DNA from: Zootoca vivipara | Taxonomy: Eukaryota | Assembly: GCF_963506605.1 (NCBI RefSeq) | Contig: NC_083294.1 | Coordinates: 37,448,001-37,512,000 of the forward strand | DNA: 64,000 nt | Direction: 5' to 3' | Part shown: positions 62,401 to 64,000 of the stretch, in pieces | Layout: the number at the start of each line of letters is the position of its first letter | Position numbering within the stretch: the stretch's first letter is position 1 | The notes under the pieces: generated by a model | The model's database searches: none | The model's input: the letters and a program-made list of their open reading frames with translations, nothing else | What the model was told of the DNA's origin: nothing | Program-made: the position numbers and the translations under genes

Positions 62401-63945
62401 TTTTCCGTGCTTTATTAAGTTTCATACATAACAAAAAACAAACTTATATAAACAAAAATGATATTGTGTAAGTAATCTTATGTAAATATACAAATAAAAA
62501 TTGATTCAATATTATACAGTCTCTTTTGTTCAACGTTCTTACTGATGTGTGATAGACTTCCCATCAACTCCCAGTGCATTTAAATTTCTAATATCGAATG
62601 TATATATGAGTATTACCTTCATCTTTTCATCTTTTCTAATACATTCTTACAACGTATCGTACCAATTTTCCTTATTTCTTTGTTATTTTATACAGAGGTC
62701 ATTCAAATGCAGCCATAGATGTCATGCCACTGCTATATTTTTGTAAATATATCTTAAACATGTCCCATTTTTGAATAAATGATTGTGTCATGTTACCTCT
62801 CAACTGATTAGTCAATTGTGCGTTTCTGCATATTCTAGTAAATTATTCTGCCATTCCAATCTTGTTGGAACCCTTTCCCCTTTCCAGTTCATCACGATTA
62901 ACATTCAGGTGGCTGCTGTTGTGTATAGAAAATTTTCTTTTACATTTTTGGGTATGTGTCTGGCAATGATTCCAAGCAGGAAAGCTTCTGGGTTTTTTTT
63001 ATGAATGTTAATTTAAAAATCTTTTTCATTTCATCATAAATAAGATTCCAAAACTCTTTGATTTTCCTGCCAGTCCACCACATGTGGCACATATTTCCTT
63101 CACTTTCCCCACATCACCAGCATTTGTTTGAGACATTTTTATACATCTTTGAAAGCTTTGATGGCTTGAGATACCATCTGAACTGCATCTTCATTAGGTT
63201 TTCCTTGATGGTATAACATGCCGTAAACTTCATATTTGCTTTCCAAGGGTTTTCCACTCTCTCATCAGTATGGTATGACCAATATCCTGGGCCCATTTAA
63301 TCATTACTGTCTTCACCTCTTCCTTGATTTCCCAGTCAAGGAGGAGTCAGCACATCTTTGAGATTATCTTGGATTTATTACTTAACAATTCTCTTTCCAA
63401 TTTAGAGGGCTCAGTAGCGAAACCTTTTTTTTGTCTTGTCTGAATGTCTCAAAAAGTTGGTGGTATTGTAAACATCCAGAGACCTGATCTTTAATTTCAT
63501 AATAGTTCTTAAGTTTTATTTGATCCCCCCTCCTCTATTAATAAAGAGTTATAAATCATCCAACATCTTTTCATGTTCTTCCTCTTAACTGCCTTCACCT
63601 CCAAAGGTGATATCCATCATGGGGTTTTGGGTTCCAACAAACCCTCATATTTTGCCCATACTCTATACAACACATTTCTTACTATGTGGTTTAGAAAACC
63701 TTTATGTATTTTGGTCTTATCATAATTTAAATATGCATGCCAACCGAAGCAGTTGTCAAGCCCCTCAAATCCAATACGTCCATGTTCTTAAGTAAGCACC
63801 ACTCCTTAATCCAGGAGAGGCAGGCCGCATCATAGTAAAGTTTTAAGTCAGGCAATCCGAATCCATCCCTCTCTTTGATATCAATAAGCAGTGTGTTTTA
63901 TTCTTGGTCTTCATCCTTCCCAAATAAATTTAGATATTTCCCTCT
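62401..63945 (-). mobile_element. L1-clade LINE 3' fragment
   Basis: KMQFRWYLKPSKLSKMY...KCW followed by a decayed CCHC knuckle (HMWW); G.GLPDLKLYY.AA; AT-rich 3' UTR. Confidence 0.88.
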
Positions 63946-64000
63946 TCCCACCCACCAGTCAATCAGCAAATGTCATTATTATGCAGATGATTGACAGGTG

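Overview
Vertebrate genomic DNA from a squamate reptile, most likely a lacertid lizard (Sauria SINEs, Bov-B, L2, CR1, L1, many hAT MITEs). I see no recognisable host protein-coding exon, and the ORF track is explained by transposon relics, microsatellites and chance. The background looks like a gene desert or large intron with transposon-free, AT-rich enhancer-like islands. The main unexplained structure is a ~15.9-kb block (7121-23003). It is bounded by hAT-type transposon ends and appears to split one tRNA-Lys/CR1-tail SINE into two halves. Inside is a mosaic of direct and inverted duplications with two complete head-to-head copies, plus fragments, of a predicted Pol II unit: TATA box, short exon 1, GC-AG intron, exon 2 with a telomere-like G-rich array, and AATAAA. 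Other notable items are a Penelope-like inverted-repeat insertion with a degenerate hammerhead ribozyme (41108-42313), a Helitron-type element, several solo LTRs with TSDs, about 12 hAT elements with 8-bp TSDs, and a short telomeric tract at a CR1 truncation. All calls were made by eye. Family names are by resemblance, and expression is inferred only.
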